A stretch of 64,000 bases of DNA from an uncultured Desulfatitalea sp. (lineage in GTDB: Bacteria; Desulfobacterota; Desulfobacteria; Desulfobacterales; Desulfosarcinaceae): the NCBI GenBank assembly GCA_963668675.2, contig CAXXMB010000001.1:352001-416000 (forward strand). Direction: 5' to 3'. Made by a program: the position numbers and the translations under genes. This document shows positions 32,001 through 42,440 of this stretch, piece by piece; position 1 is the first letter of the stretch, and each line of letters begins with the position of its first letter. A model generated the notes under the pieces. That model made no database searches and was not told the origin of the DNA. It worked only from the letters and a program-made list of their open reading frames with translations.

Positions 32001-32055
32001 TACGGGTCGGTCCGGCTCCGATTATCAGCACCTTCTTGTTCTTGAGAAGCGTCAT
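29017..32055 (-). CDS. Divergent carbamoyl-phosphate synthase large-subunit paralog (active sites degenerate)
   Basis: KVLIIGAGPTRIGQ, LGPQMQSVG, LLGSGPEQIGQG, EHIELAG, DPLLGTRMKSTG, C-terminal MGS domain; AAGGAG SD. Confidence 0.85.
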   Translation of the reverse strand: MTLLKNKKVLIIGAGPTRIGQSAECDEGAAEAASALQEAGCRVVSVDANPNALLTDTDIVDRAYLEPLTVQTVERIVDEERPDAIVPIFGGRTGLHLAVLWEQHAGTGDRRPQIWGTPIQSLQALLERDALTSTLSEIGMATPAVHAIHDVESAIEKAQEIGFPVTLRCDDANLIPDGVLVYNQDELRSQVAPMAKEDGITLSVEASLRDWHQAEVEILRDGEGVTLAVGIVEYMQNADVHPGDAIGVVPPQTIAEQMRKHMEDQAATVADHFNIVGSATIRFAYQSEGNQSLILAVHPRYTRTSALVSRAYGIAIGRIAALLSAGLTWPRIPSPYALSLPLKTDIVAVKWPRWEFERLEAHSDLLGPQMQSVGQGLALGRSFKEALQKALYASNTNRYSQADAPAVAAMTDDRLHSLLAIPNSRRPALVCEAFRRGATVDELAQRTQIAPGFIEQLQLVVKEELESDPSGTAAGTTSNIPAPVSTFNLTDTSDSQAKGTILLLGSGPEQIGQGSECDHGLYHAAKAVKEAGFRPVIINSNLASLTTGPSFPAKCYCEAVTAASVRSVADAENAGGIIFQFAGSSCHELVPELSGSGIAIMGISGEQVQLLQSRPSLWSRIRELGIPQPSAALVHNREAALAKSAEIDFPLLVEPAHANGVKQAQLISNSEMLNEYMDLHTIDQDNPLFIQRFLEFAIEAQAEVLSDAGTVHVAAVLEHIELAGVNAGDSAWVSPPYSIAPRHTETIVEYARKVILEIGARGAFNLRFAIYRDTVYLLDATYGMSRNMALVAKTSQLPVARLATHLILGAPLEIVAKRHSNTPCIGVRAAVFPFNVFPQMDPLLGTRMKSTGDVLAMADSFGMAYFKALEAAETPLPLQGTVLITVTDEDKPSLLEPARIFQELGFEIMATRGTHEVLAENGIQSKVVRKLGFGRPNLVDEMKSGRVQMVINTPTGGQSQKDGSYIRQAAIRYRIANITTPASSIAAAKGIAARRQGETGACPLPIRNEEAD

Positions 32056-32317
32056 CATCTCTCCTTTGCACTCGTGATCCGGATCGTACTGTGCCACGCT
32101 TAAAGCACGATATTGCGATCCTGAGAAACAAAGCAGGAAATCTAATGGTTGGTTGACCGAAAATCAAGCCAAATGTAAGTCTGCGTCGAATCTTTTGCCT
32201 CTTATATCTGATCCTTGCCTGCCTCCGGAGCGCCTTGTATCCAAGGCTATTCGCTTGACATGACGGCCGATTGACATTAAAAAAGCCAGTCTATCACAAC
32301 GCACTCTGGAGGATGGA

Positions 32318-35122
32318 ATGGACTATAAACAGACGCTCAACTTGCCGGCCACCGCGTTTCCCATGAAGGCCAACCTCTCCCAGAGGGAGCCTGAACAGCT
32401 CCAACAGTGGGAAGAGCGGAAGCTGTATGAAGAGACACGCGATGCTTCCAGCGGAAGGCCACCGTTCATTCTCCATGACGGCCCGCCCTATGCCAACGGC
32501 TATATTCATATCGGTACGGCCCTGAATAAAATCTTGAAGGATTTCATTGTACGCTCGCGCCAGATGGGTGGTTTCGATGCGGTCTACGTGCCGGGTTGGG
32601 ACTGTCACGGCCTGCCCATCGAACACAATGTGGAGAAGGAGCTTGGATCTCGCAAAAAGGAGATGAGCCAGGCCGAAATCCGTAAACATTGCCGTACCTA
32701 TGCGGAAAAATTCATCGACATCCAGCGCGACGAATTCAAGCGCTTGGGGGTACAGGGCGACTGGGAAGAGCCCTACCTTACCATGAACTACCCTTACGAG
32801 GCGATCATCGCCAAGGAGTGCTGCAAATTCGCCTTGAACGGCAGTCTTTTTCGCAGCAAGAAACCGATCTACTGGTGCTGCAGCTGCCAGACGGCACTGG
32901 CCGAGGCTGAGATTGAATACAAAGACGATACATCGCCCTCGATCTTTGTGAAATTCCCGGTTCTCGACGATCTGTCGCCCCTCTTGCCGGAGCTGTCGGG
33001 CCGGAAAGTCTTTGTCGTGATCTGGACCACCACACCATGGACGCTGCCGGCCAACCTGGCCATCGCCCTGCATCCCGATTTCACCTATGCCGCAGTGGAA
33101 ACCGGCAGTGGTGAGGTGCTCATATTGGCCCGTGATCTCGTGGCCCAATGCATGGCGTCGTTCGGAATCGAGACGTATCGCGAACTCGGGACCTTTTCCG
33201 CAGCAGATTTGGAGAAGAAGCGTTGCCGGCATCCGCTCTACGACCGTGAATCCATTATCGTGCTTGGCGATCATGTCACACTCGAGGCGGGTACGGGTTG
33301 CGTACACACCGCCCCCGGGCACGGCCGCGAAGACTATGAAGTGGGACTGCACTATAACCTGGACGCCTACTCACCGGTGGATGACCGCGGATGCTTCACG
33401 GACGAGGTCGAAGCATTCAACGGCCAGTTCGTTTTCAAAGCCAACGGCCCGATCAGCGATGCGCTCGAAGAGAAGGGGGCCCTGCTGGCCAAAGAGGAGA
33501 TCACCCACTCCTATCCGCACTGCTGGCGCTGCAAACGGCCGGTGATTTTTCGCGCCACCCCCCAGTGGTTTATCTCCATGGAGAAGACCGGACTGCGCAA
33601 GGCGGCCCTGGCGGCCATCGATCAGGTGGAGTGGATTCCGCACTGGGGCCGCGAGCGGATCTACGGCATGATTGAAAACAGGCCCGATTGGTGCGTGTCG
33701 CGCCAGCGTGCCTGGGGCGTGCCCATCACTGTCTTTTACTGCGCCAAATGCGGCGCCACCCATATGACCCCCGAACTGATGCAGGCCATCCACGATCTCT
33801 TCGTGGAACACGGAGCGGACGCATGGTTCGGCGAGGCGGCGGACAAGCTGTTGCCGCCAGGCACCACTTGCAGCCAATGCGGTGGAGACGCCTTTGAGAA
33901 AGAGACCGATATTCTGGACGTCTGGTTCGATTCCGGTACCAGCCATGCGGCTGTTCTCGAAGCGCGCGAAAACCTGCGGTGGCCGGCCGATCTCTATCTG
34001 GAAGGCACAGATCAGCATCGGGGCTGGTTTCACAGCTCGCTGCTGATCGCCATCGGCACACGCCAGGCGGCACCCTACAAGGCGGTCTTGACGCACGGTT
34101 TCGTGGTGGACGCCAAGGGAAAAAAGCAATCCAAATCGCTGGGCAATGTGGTCGCCCCGAAAGAGGTGATCAACCGATACGGTTCCGAGATCCTGCGAAT
34201 GTGGGTTTCGGCGTCGGATTACAGGGACGACATCCGGATTTCAGACAAGATCCTCAAACAGCTGACCGATGCCTACCGCCGCATCCGCAACACCAGCCGG
34301 TTCCTGTTGGGCAATTTGAGCGACTATGATCCGGCCGACCATGCCGTTCCGACCGACCAACTGCTGGCCATCGACCGCTACGCCCTGCACAGCCTGCAGA
34401 ACCTGATCGAACGCTGCAGGAATGCGTACGATGCGTATGAGTTCCATACCATCTACCATAGCCTGTACAACTACTGCACGGTGGATCTCTCAGCCTTCTA
34501 TCTCGATATCCTGAAGGATCGTCTCTATACATCGCCACCCGATTCCAAGGAGCGCCGCAGCGCTCAAACGGTGCTGCACATCATCGCAGACAATCTGGCG
34601 CGTCTGATGGCGCCGATCCTGGTATTTACGGCCGAGGAGATTTGGCGCTACCTGCCCGGCGCGGACGAAAAGGTCGACAGCATCCATCTGGCCAGCATGC
34701 CCGAAGCGGATGATGCTCTGCGGGACGATCGACTGGCCGAACAGTGGCGCGCCATCCGATCGGTGCGCGGGGAGGTGGCCAAAGCCTTGGAAGAGGCACG
34801 GGCTGCCAAGCGGATCGGCCACTCTCTGCAGGCGGAGGTGAGTCTGGGCCTCGACAAAGCGCTCTACGAGAAGCTGCTCCCCTACGCGGAGGAGCTGCGA
34901 TCGATTCTCATCGTATCGAGAGCCGAAATGAGCGAAGGCGAGTTTGAAGAGGGCTACCGAAATCCGGAAACCCCGGGTGTGACTGTAAAGGTTGCGCCAT
35001 CGGCATCGGAGAAGTGTGAACGCTGCTGGGTGCACGATCCCTCTGTCGGCAGCCTGACCGACCACCCGACGCTCTGCGAACGGTGCCACGGGAACCTGAA
35101 GCGCATGGGGCAGGTGTCATGA
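32318..35122 (+). CDS. ileS: Isoleucine-tRNA ligase (type 1)
   Basis: [46 protein letters not shown]-terminal CERCW..CERC. Confidence 0.98.
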   Translation: MDYKQTLNLPATAFPMKANLSQREPEQLQQWEERKLYEETRDASSGRPPFILHDGPPYANGYIHIGTALNKILKDFIVRSRQMGGFDAVYVPGWDCHGLPIEHNVEKELGSRKKEMSQAEIRKHCRTYAEKFIDIQRDEFKRLGVQGDWEEPYLTMNYPYEAIIAKECCKFALNGSLFRSKKPIYWCCSCQTALAEAEIEYKDDTSPSIFVKFPVLDDLSPLLPELSGRKVFVVIWTTTPWTLPANLAIALHPDFTYAAVETGSGEVLILARDLVAQCMASFGIETYRELGTFSAADLEKKRCRHPLYDRESIIVLGDHVTLEAGTGCVHTAPGHGREDYEVGLHYNLDAYSPVDDRGCFTDEVEAFNGQFVFKANGPISDALEEKGALLAKEEITHSYPHCWRCKRPVIFRATPQWFISMEKTGLRKAALAAIDQVEWIPHWGRERIYGMIENRPDWCVSRQRAWGVPITVFYCAKCGATHMTPELMQAIHDLFVEHGADAWFGEAADKLLPPGTTCSQCGGDAFEKETDILDVWFDSGTSHAAVLEARENLRWPADLYLEGTDQHRGWFHSSLLIAIGTRQAAPYKAVLTHGFVVDAKGKKQSKSLGNVVAPKEVINRYGSEILRMWVSASDYRDDIRISDKILKQLTDAYRRIRNTSRFLLGNLSDYDPADHAVPTDQLLAIDRYALHSLQNLIERCRNAYDAYEFHTIYHSLYNYCTVDLSAFYLDILKDRLYTSPPDSKERRSAQTVLHIIADNLARLMAPILVFTAEEIWRYLPGADEKVDSIHLASMPEADDALRDDRLAEQWRAIRSVRGEVAKALEEARAAKRIGHSLQAEVSLGLDKALYEKLLPYAEELRSILIVSRAEMSEGEFEEGYRNPETPGVTVKVAPSASEKCERCWVHDPSVGSLTDHPTLCERCHGNLKRMGQVS

Positions 35123-35640
35123 CAGGTGACCGGGCACAAGAGTGGAAAGATGCCGTGATGGTGCAAAAATATCTGCGGTTCAGCATTATCGGCTTCGGCG
35201 TGGTCCTGCTCGACCAGGTGACCAAAATATTGGTGATGCACTACATGCCGTTGCACGATTCGATCACCATCATTCCCGGCTTTTTCAGCTTGACCCATGT
35301 GCACAACCCCGGCGGCGCTTTCGGATTTATGGCCCAGAACAGTTCTCCTCTGCGGCACTGGCTCTTTCTGTTGGCCGCCTTCTTCGCCTTGGGTATGATT
35401 CTCTACTTCTATCACCAGACGCCCAGGTCGCATCCCTTCTTCGGGTTTGCCCTGGCACTGATTTTCGGCGGTGCCATCGGAAACCTGATTGACCGACTGC
35501 GTTTTGGAGAGGTGATCGACTTTCTGGATGTCTATGTGGGCTATCTGCACTGGCCCACGTTTAATGTGGCCGACAGCGCCGTCACCGTAGGTGTGATCAT
35601 TTTTCTATCCCACGTCATTACGAAAAAGATGCCGCTGTAA
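35119..35640 (+). CDS. lspA: Signal peptidase II
   Basis: [30 protein letters not shown]; start may be 35158. Confidence 0.95.
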   Translation: MTGDRAQEWKDAVMVQKYLRFSIIGFGVVLLDQVTKILVMHYMPLHDSITIIPGFFSLTHVHNPGGAFGFMAQNSSPLRHWLFLLAAFFALGMILYFYHQTPRSHPFFGFALALIFGGAIGNLIDRLRFGEVIDFLDVYVGYLHWPTFNVADSAVTVGVIIFLSHVITKKMPL

Positions 35641-35718
35641 CAGGCCCTCTCTTTGTCAAACGATAGAAGCGCCACAGCACCGCTAACGGCGAGTCCTTAA
35701 TTACATCCTCGCGACGCC

Positions 35719-37191
35719 ATGACTGAAATCGCCTATAGACAGATCTCCGATTACCTTAAAAAGACGGCTCTGCCGGAGATCCCGGCGGTCTGCATGATCC
35801 ATGGAGAGCCATCGCTTGTCGAGCAGTGCACAGGGCCTCTGGTCGAACATCTGCTTGCCGGCGCCGACAGGGAGATCAACTGCGAGGTGATCGATGGGCT
35901 GATGGAGAACGTTCCCGATCTTCTGGAGAGCCTCAACACCTACGCCATGATGGCCGGTTCGAAGGTGGTCTGGTTCAAAGATGTCAAGCTGTTCGACACC
36001 GCAGGCCGCCACCAGCGCATGTTCGACCAGATCGTGCAGGCTTATGAAGCGGACAACCTTAAAAAGGCGGCCAGGGCATTTTTAAGCCTCTGTGTCCAAC
36101 TGGGAATCGAAGCTCCGGGAGAGATGACTGCGGGCAGACAATACCCCGGTGAGTTGAAACCGCTCGTCGATGCGTTGGGCAGTGACGGTGTCAAACGGCT
36201 GAGCGACCACATCCATGAACAGGGGTGGGCCGCCAATGCCTCCGCCGACTATCTTCAGGCGTTGATCGATGCCATTGGAAAAGGGTTTCCGCCCGGCCAT
36301 TTTCTGCTGATCACCTCCGGCAGCAAGGTGCCCAAAAATAGAAAATTTTACAAAAGCGTTGCGGCCAAAGGGGTTGTGGTCGACTGTCACGTGCCCCTGG
36401 GTGAACGCAAAGCCGATAAGGCGGCCCAGGAGACGGTGCTCAGAGAAATTGCGGAGCACGCCCTGGCCAAGGCCGGAAAAAAAATGGCCCCGGGGTTGTT
36501 CAATCTTATGGTCCAGCTCACCGGGTTCGACCCGGCCACCTTCAAAAACAATATCGAAAAGCTGATCGATTTCACTGGCCGGCGTGCCGATATTTCGCGG
36601 GAGGATATCACCAGCGTTCTTAAACGGACCAAAAGCGACCCGATCTATGAAATGACCAACGCCGTCGCCGAGCGCAATGCACCATCGGCCCTCTTTTACA
36701 TGCAAACACTCTTTGAGAATGACTTTCACCCGCTTCAGATATTGGCTGCCCTATCGAATCAGATTCGAAAATTGATGATCGCCAAGGCGTTTGCACGCAG
36801 CGAATACGGCCGCAGCTGGAGCAAGGGGCTACCCTATCCCCAATTTCAAAAGCGTGTTTTAGGGGAGGTTCAGCGCTACGATGCCCATGTGGCCAAGGCG
36901 CGCCTCGATTGGAGACGAACCGATGACATGGATCCGGACGAGGGGCCCAAAAAGGGTGCGAAAAAAGCCGATATGGAGCTGGCCCTCGCGCCTAATCCCG
37001 GAAATGCCTATCCGGTATTTCAGACCCTGGTCAAGTCGGAAAATTTCAGCCACAAGGAGTTGGTGGAAACCATGATGCACATAAGTGAAGCCGATGTGCG
37101 CCTCAAATCCTCGGGCCAGGACCCCAAACTGGTCGTCAAGCATCTGGTAATGGGGATTTGCCGTGGATCGGAAAACGCGCAAACGGTGTAA
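35719..37191 (+). CDS. holA: DNA polymerase III delta subunit (enlarged)
   Basis: MIHGE, NIEKL..ISREDI, IYEMTNAV, HPLQIL, ADVRLKSS. Confidence 0.7.
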   Translation: MTEIAYRQISDYLKKTALPEIPAVCMIHGEPSLVEQCTGPLVEHLLAGADREINCEVIDGLMENVPDLLESLNTYAMMAGSKVVWFKDVKLFDTAGRHQRMFDQIVQAYEADNLKKAARAFLSLCVQLGIEAPGEMTAGRQYPGELKPLVDALGSDGVKRLSDHIHEQGWAANASADYLQALIDAIGKGFPPGHFLLITSGSKVPKNRKFYKSVAAKGVVVDCHVPLGERKADKAAQETVLREIAEHALAKAGKKMAPGLFNLMVQLTGFDPATFKNNIEKLIDFTGRRADISREDITSVLKRTKSDPIYEMTNAVAERNAPSALFYMQTLFENDFHPLQILAALSNQIRKLMIAKAFARSEYGRSWSKGLPYPQFQKRVLGEVQRYDAHVAKARLDWRRTDDMDPDEGPKKGAKKADMELALAPNPGNAYPVFQTLVKSENFSHKELVETMMHISEADVRLKSSGQDPKLVVKHLVMGICRGSENAQTV

Positions 37192-37374
37192 GGGAGAGTG
37201 CGATTCTTTCCGCCGGCCACTCGATACATGGGGCCGGCGCAAATCACATGTGGTTTAATGATTGAAACAAAAGACCCCGGTATGTTATCAGTCCAGGATC
37301 ATTTCCCCCTTGCCAGATAACTGACCGGGAAATGGGGTTCGTCTCACCGTAGATTCCAAGAGAAGGAGGATGTT

Positions 37375-38553
37375 ATGCGTACATTGAGGGCAACTCTGAT
37401 TTTGATGCTATCGGTCCTGCTTGTGACGGTTTTTATCTCATGCGGCAAGAAGCGCGAGACGATCATCAAGATCGGTATCAACGCGCCCATCACCGGGGAT
37501 ATACCCAAGGTGGGGGAGGGCAGCAAGTATGCGGCCCAGATGTGGCTTGAAGATATCCAAAAAGCAGGCGGTCTTCAGGTCGGGGACAAGAAGTACCCGG
37601 TGGAGTTGGTGATCGAGGACAACGAGTCCAAGGCCGAATCGGCGGTCAAGGCCAACACCAAGATGATTTCTGAGGATGGCGTCTTGGTGATCATCGGACC
37701 CCAGTCCTCCAAGCAGGCCATTCCGGCCGGCGGTGTGGCCAACGACTACCAGACGCCGATGATCAGCCCGTGGTCCACCAACCCCGACACGACCAAGGAT
37801 CGCCCCTTCGTTTTTCGCGGCTGCTTTCTCGATCCGTTCCAGGGACCGGTCGTGGCCAAGTTCGTCAAAGAGGAGTTGGGGTTGACCAAGGCAGCTGTGC
37901 TGTACGATGTGGCCAGCGACTACCCCAAGGGGCTGGCTGAATTTTTCAAAAAGGCCTGGGAAGACCTCAATGGCCCTGACTCGGTCGTGGCCTATGAGAG
38001 CTTTACGACCAAAGATACCGACTTCAGCTCCCAGTTGACCAAGATCAAAGACAGCGGAGCGGAATTTCTGTTCGCGCCCCAGTACTACAACGAAGTCGCC
38101 CTGATCGTGAAGCAGGCCCACGAGCTGGGATTTGACAAGCCCATTATCGGAAGTGACAGCTGGGGCTCAGCCGAGACGGTCAGCCTTTGCGGCGAAGATT
38201 GCTACGGCCTCTTTTTCAGCACCCACTACGCGGCCGCGGGGGCCCAGGGTGCCACCAAGGCTTTCATTGATCGCTATCAGGAAAAACATGGCTACGTTCC
38301 CGATGACGTGGCGGCGCTCACCTGGGACGCCATTCGGTTGGCGCAGCAGGCCATTGAAAATTCGGGCTCGTTGAGCGGCGACGTTAAAAAGGATCGTGTC
38401 GCGGTGCGCGACCAGTTGGCCAAGATCAAGGATTTTGCCGGTATTACGGGCAACATGACCTTCACCGAAGAGGGCGATCCGATCAAGTGCGCGGTGATCG
38501 TGCGCATCAGCGATCAGGGTGAATACGAGTTCTACAAGCAGGTTTGCCCCTAG
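37375..38553 (+). CDS. livK: Branched-chain amino acid ABC substrate-binding lipoprotein
   Basis: Lipobox ISC; IKIGINAPITG, FRGCFLDPFQG, DTDFSSQLTKI. Confidence 0.85.
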   Translation: MRTLRATLILMLSVLLVTVFISCGKKRETIIKIGINAPITGDIPKVGEGSKYAAQMWLEDIQKAGGLQVGDKKYPVELVIEDNESKAESAVKANTKMISEDGVLVIIGPQSSKQAIPAGGVANDYQTPMISPWSTNPDTTKDRPFVFRGCFLDPFQGPVVAKFVKEELGLTKAAVLYDVASDYPKGLAEFFKKAWEDLNGPDSVVAYESFTTKDTDFSSQLTKIKDSGAEFLFAPQYYNEVALIVKQAHELGFDKPIIGSDSWGSAETVSLCGEDCYGLFFSTHYAAAGAQGATKAFIDRYQEKHGYVPDDVAALTWDAIRLAQQAIENSGSLSGDVKKDRVAVRDQLAKIKDFAGITGNMTFTEEGDPIKCAVIVRISDQGEYEFYKQVCP

Positions 38554-38595
38554 TCACGTGAGCACTCAATTCCAAATCTATATGTAAAAAGGATC

Positions 38596-38620
38596 GTAGG
38601 GGCGGGGTTTATCCCCGCCC
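38596..38620 (+). repeat. Single GTAG REP
   Basis: GTAGGGGCGGGGTTTATCCCCGCCC, identical to the REPs flanking RAYT. Confidence 0.9.
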
Positions 38621-38678
38621 TTGCGCCCATATCGCAAGACGGTCACCCAGCGGCCGAAGGTGAATCAGGAGCGCGGGC

Positions 38679-39602
38679 ATGGATTTTTTTCTGCAGAATG
38701 TGATCAATGCACTGCAATGGGGCAGTTTCTACGCCCTGATTGCCCTCGGCTATTCCATGGTCTACAGCATTTTGATGCTGTTCAACTTCACCCATGGCGA
38801 TATTTTCATGACCGGCACCTACATCGGCTTTGGTGTGGCCACGGGCCTGCTGGCCCTTACGGCCGCCGTGAGCTGGTCCCTGCCCGGGTGGCTGCTGCTC
38901 GTGTTGACCATCGTCATCTCCATGTTCATCACCTCGTTTTTAGGGGTCGTGGTGGAGCGGGTCGGATACCGCCCGCTGCGCGATGCTCCCCGGGCATCGG
39001 CGGCCATCACCGGCCTGATGATCGGCATCATGCTCGAGTACGGCAATCTGGCGGTGCTTGGCACGCGGCGCCTCAAATTCCCCACGATCATCGAGACCGT
39101 TACCTACGATGTCGGCGGGGTCTTTCTGACCAACAAGAAGATCCTGATCGTAGGGGTTGCGCTGCTGCTGATGATCGCTCTGCACCAATTCATCCAGAAG
39201 AGCCGGTGGGGGATGGCCATGCGGGCCATGTCCTACGACTTCCAGGTGGTGCCTTTGATGGGGGTGTCGCTCAACGTCATCGCACCGCTCACCTTTGCCA
39301 TCGGTTCGGCCCTGGCTGCCGCCGGCGGCATACTCTACGGAATGGCCTATCCCGTGCTTGATCCTTTCATGGGGATACTGCTGGGCTGGAAATCTTTTGT
39401 CGCCGCCATTCTCGGCGGTCGGGGATCCATATTGGGAGCGGCCCTGGCCGGATTCCTGCTCGGCTTCATTGAAATTTTTACAGCCATGGTATTTCCTTCA
39501 ACCTTCAGAGACCTCATCGCCTACAGCATTATTCTGCTGATATTGACATTCCGGCCCTATGGGTTCTTCGGACAGGCGCACAGTACCCAATTGAGGTTAT
39601 GA
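38679..39602 (+). CDS. livH: BCAA ABC permease
   Basis: YALIALGYSMVY, NFTHGD, GMAMRA, AAILGG. Confidence 0.9.
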   Translation: MDFFLQNVINALQWGSFYALIALGYSMVYSILMLFNFTHGDIFMTGTYIGFGVATGLLALTAAVSWSLPGWLLLVLTIVISMFITSFLGVVVERVGYRPLRDAPRASAAITGLMIGIMLEYGNLAVLGTRRLKFPTIIETVTYDVGGVFLTNKKILIVGVALLLMIALHQFIQKSRWGMAMRAMSYDFQVVPLMGVSLNVIAPLTFAIGSALAAAGGILYGMAYPVLDPFMGILLGWKSFVAAILGGRGSILGAALAGFLLGFIEIFTAMVFPSTFRDLIAYSIILLILTFRPYGFFGQAHSTQLRL

Positions 39603-39624
39603 GAAAGCAGACGCAAGGCACTGC

Positions 39625-40920
39625 ATGGAAAGAACCCAACACTCCATATCGTCTTCTGAATCGCTGTTGAAGATGCTGTCCTTTATCCGGCGCTCGCTGG
39701 CTGTCGTTCCCGCGCTCGGTTGGCTGATCGGCATTCTGTGTGCGGTCCTGATCGAATACTTCTTCGGGGATACCTTGGCGGTGATGCTCTACCTGCCTAA
39801 AGTGCCGGCCCTCTTCGGCAGCACCATGGTGTTGAAGCAGCCATTGATTTTTCCGTGGGCGGTTCTCTTTGTAATCATCGTCTACGTGCTGCCCGTCGCC
39901 GTGATCGCTTGGCTATCGGTCGGCTGGACGAATCGTGCTGCCGCAGCGCTGTCCCGCATCCCGATTTGGGTCTCTGTCCTGCTGCATTTGGGATTGCTCT
40001 ACGCTGTGCTGCATGTCTGGACCGAAGCCAGCGACTACCGCCTGCAGGTCGCCAAATTGATCATGATCGCCGTGATGCTGACGCTGAGCATCAACGTGAT
40101 CAATGGATACATGGGGGAGTTTTCCTGCTCTCATCCGGGTTTTATGGCTTTAGGGGCCTACGCCTCTTCGATTTGCACCCTGCTGCTCTTCAAACAGGAC
40201 CGGCTCTTCGGAGCGGCCCTTCTTCCGGAGAGCTTGGGACCGATCTTCTTCCCGGTGGCGCTTGTGATCGGCGGTGCCGTAGCAGCCGCGGGTGCCTTGA
40301 TCGTGGCAATCCCTTCGTTCCGTACCCGGGGCGACTACCTGGCGATCATCTCCCTGGCCTTCATGTTCATTGTAAAGAGCGCCATCGAAAACATCGAACC
40401 CATCGGCGGGCCGCGCGGTATGGGCGGGCAGCCGCACTGGTCGACGCTTCCGGCCGTATTTGCCGGGATGGCCGCCTGCATTTGGATCATCAACAACTTT
40501 GTGCGCTCGACCATGGGAAAGGCGCTCAATGCCGTGCGCGACAACGAGATCGCGGCCGACGCCATGACGGTCAATACGCGCCGTACAAAGATGGTGGCCT
40601 TCCTGTTCGGCGCGTTCTGGGCCGGCGTTGCCGGCGGATTCTATGCCCATGAAGTGCGCCATGTGACCCCGGGCAGCTTCGGCATTCAGCAACTGGCCGA
40701 GATTCTGGCCATGGTCTACTTCGGCGGCCTCAATTCGGTGGTGGGGTCCATCGTCGGCGCGGTCAGCATCAGCATGATCAGCGAAATTCTCAAACCCCTG
40801 GGCCTCTATAAGTGGATCATCATCCCCTTGATCCTGGTGCTGGTGATGATCTTTCGGCCGACGGGTTTGGTTGCCTTCCGGGATTTTGACATCAAGAAGA
40901 TATTAGGGGCCAGAAGATGA
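39625..40920 (+). CDS. livM: BCAA ABC permease
   Basis: GDYLAIISLAF, AVRDNEIAA, GGLNS. Confidence 0.88.
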   Translation: MERTQHSISSSESLLKMLSFIRRSLAVVPALGWLIGILCAVLIEYFFGDTLAVMLYLPKVPALFGSTMVLKQPLIFPWAVLFVIIVYVLPVAVIAWLSVGWTNRAAAALSRIPIWVSVLLHLGLLYAVLHVWTEASDYRLQVAKLIMIAVMLTLSINVINGYMGEFSCSHPGFMALGAYASSICTLLLFKQDRLFGAALLPESLGPIFFPVALVIGGAVAAAGALIVAIPSFRTRGDYLAIISLAFMFIVKSAIENIEPIGGPRGMGGQPHWSTLPAVFAGMAACIWIINNFVRSTMGKALNAVRDNEIAADAMTVNTRRTKMVAFLFGAFWAGVAGGFYAHEVRHVTPGSFGIQQLAEILAMVYFGGLNSVVGSIVGAVSISMISEILKPLGLYKWIIIPLILVLVMIFRPTGLVAFRDFDIKKILGARR

Positions 40921-41708
40921 GCGCTGCCGTTGAGAAAAAGCCGTTGCTGCAGGTTGAGGGGATGACGCACTACTTCGGTGGTTTGCGTGCCGTATCCGAA
41001 TACAACCTGACCATCGCCCCGGGGCAGATCCACGGCCTGATCGGACCCAACGGTGCAGGCAAAACGACCATTTTCAACTTGATCACCGGCATCCACACAC
41101 CCACAAAGGGCGATATCCTTCTGGCGGGTGAGAGCCTGCTCGGTTTGCGCCCACACGAAATTGCGAGCCGCGGTCTAGGGCGCACCTTCCAGAACATGTT
41201 GCTCTGGCGCCATATGACCGTATTGGATCATGTGAAGCTGGCCCACTACTCCCAGTTGAAGTATGGACTTGCCGGCGCGTTCCTTGGATCACGCCTGCGA
41301 CATCAAGAGGAGAAGAGGGTGGAGGAGAATGCGTTTCATCTGCTCGAAACCTTCGATGTGGCCCGCTTCGCCGATCAGATCGTGACCAACCTGCCCTATG
41401 GTGTGCAGCGTCGGGTGGAGATGGCCAGGGCCATGGCGATCCAGCCCAAAATTCTCTTTCTCGATGAACCCACGGCCGGTATGACGCCAGAGGAGCTGGT
41501 GCAGATGATCGGGATCATTCGAAAGATCCATAGCGAGTTCAGGGTGGCCATCCTGCTGATCGAGCACAGGCTCAAATTCGTCATGGAACTTTGCCAACGG
41601 ATCCAGACACTCGTGTTCGGCGAGGTCATTGCAGAGGGCACGCCCGAAGAGATCAAAAACAACCCGGATGTCATCGAGGCCTATCTGGGCAAGGAAGAGG
41701 TCGCTTGA
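40917..41708 (+). CDS. livG: BCAA ABC ATP-binding protein
   Basis: GPNGAGKT, RTFQ, LPYG, LDEP, IEH, EAYLG. Confidence 0.92.
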   Translation: MSAAVEKKPLLQVEGMTHYFGGLRAVSEYNLTIAPGQIHGLIGPNGAGKTTIFNLITGIHTPTKGDILLAGESLLGLRPHEIASRGLGRTFQNMLLWRHMTVLDHVKLAHYSQLKYGLAGAFLGSRLRHQEEKRVEENAFHLLETFDVARFADQIVTNLPYGVQRRVEMARAMAIQPKILFLDEPTAGMTPEELVQMIGIIRKIHSEFRVAILLIEHRLKFVMELCQRIQTLVFGEVIAEGTPEEIKNNPDVIEAYLGKEEVA

Positions 41709-42421
41709 TGCAGTTGACAGTGGACAATTTGCATGTCGCCTACGGCCAGATCAAGGCGTTGCACGGACTGAAGTTTTCCATCGAACAGGGTGAGATCGTC
41801 TGTATCATCGGCGCCAACGGCGCCGGGAAAAGTACTACTCTGCGGGCCATATCGCGGCTGGTGGAGGCCGATAAAGGCTCCCGGATGGAATTCGAGGGCA
41901 AAGAGCTGATGAAATACCCGCCGGACAAAGTGGTCAGCCAACTGGGCATCTCCCACGTCCCCGAAGGCCGTCGGCTCTTCGGCAACCTGACGGTGAGTGA
42001 GAATCTTCAACTGGCCACCTTTGCCCGCAAAGACCGTGCATTGATCAAAGAGAATCTCAAGACCGTCTTCGACATCTTCCCGAGGCTCCTCGAAAGGGAG
42101 TCCCAGCTCGCAGCCACCCTCAGCGGCGGCGAACAGCAGATGCTGGCCGTGGGCAGAGCCTATATGACCGGCCGCAAAATGATGCTGCTGGACGAACCCT
42201 CCATGGGGCTTGCTCCCTTGATGATGCTCTCCATGTTCGATGCCCTCAAAGAGATCAACCAGGCCGGAACCACCATCCTGCTGGTCGAGCAGAACGCCCG
42301 CCTGGCCTTGAAGTTTGCCCAGCGCGGCTATGTGATCGAGAACGGAAAGATTGTGCTGGAGGGCGAATCCAAGTCTCTGCTGGAAAATCCGGAAGTCAAG
42401 AAAGCTTATCTGGGGGGATGA
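41708..42421 (+). CDS. livF: BCAA ABC ATP-binding protein
   Basis: GANGAGKS, VPEGR, LSGGEQQM, LDEPSMGL, VEQNA; TGATG overlap with livG. Confidence 0.92.
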   Translation: MQLTVDNLHVAYGQIKALHGLKFSIEQGEIVCIIGANGAGKSTTLRAISRLVEADKGSRMEFEGKELMKYPPDKVVSQLGISHVPEGRRLFGNLTVSENLQLATFARKDRALIKENLKTVFDIFPRLLERESQLAATLSGGEQQMLAVGRAYMTGRKMMLLDEPSMGLAPLMMLSMFDALKEINQAGTTILLVEQNARLALKFAQRGYVIENGKIVLEGESKSLLENPEVKKAYLGG

Positions 42422-42440
42422 GGCGGCTTTAGTTTAATCT

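Noticed and set aside
32100..32317. T-box upstream of ileS
   Set aside because: No T-box sequence or terminator seen; the region is a short divergent promoter region
32294..33352. 352-aa antisense ORF (likewise 43084-44199, 29068-30054, 50617-51552)
   Set aside because: Shadow ORFs opposite well-supported genes in GC-rich DNA
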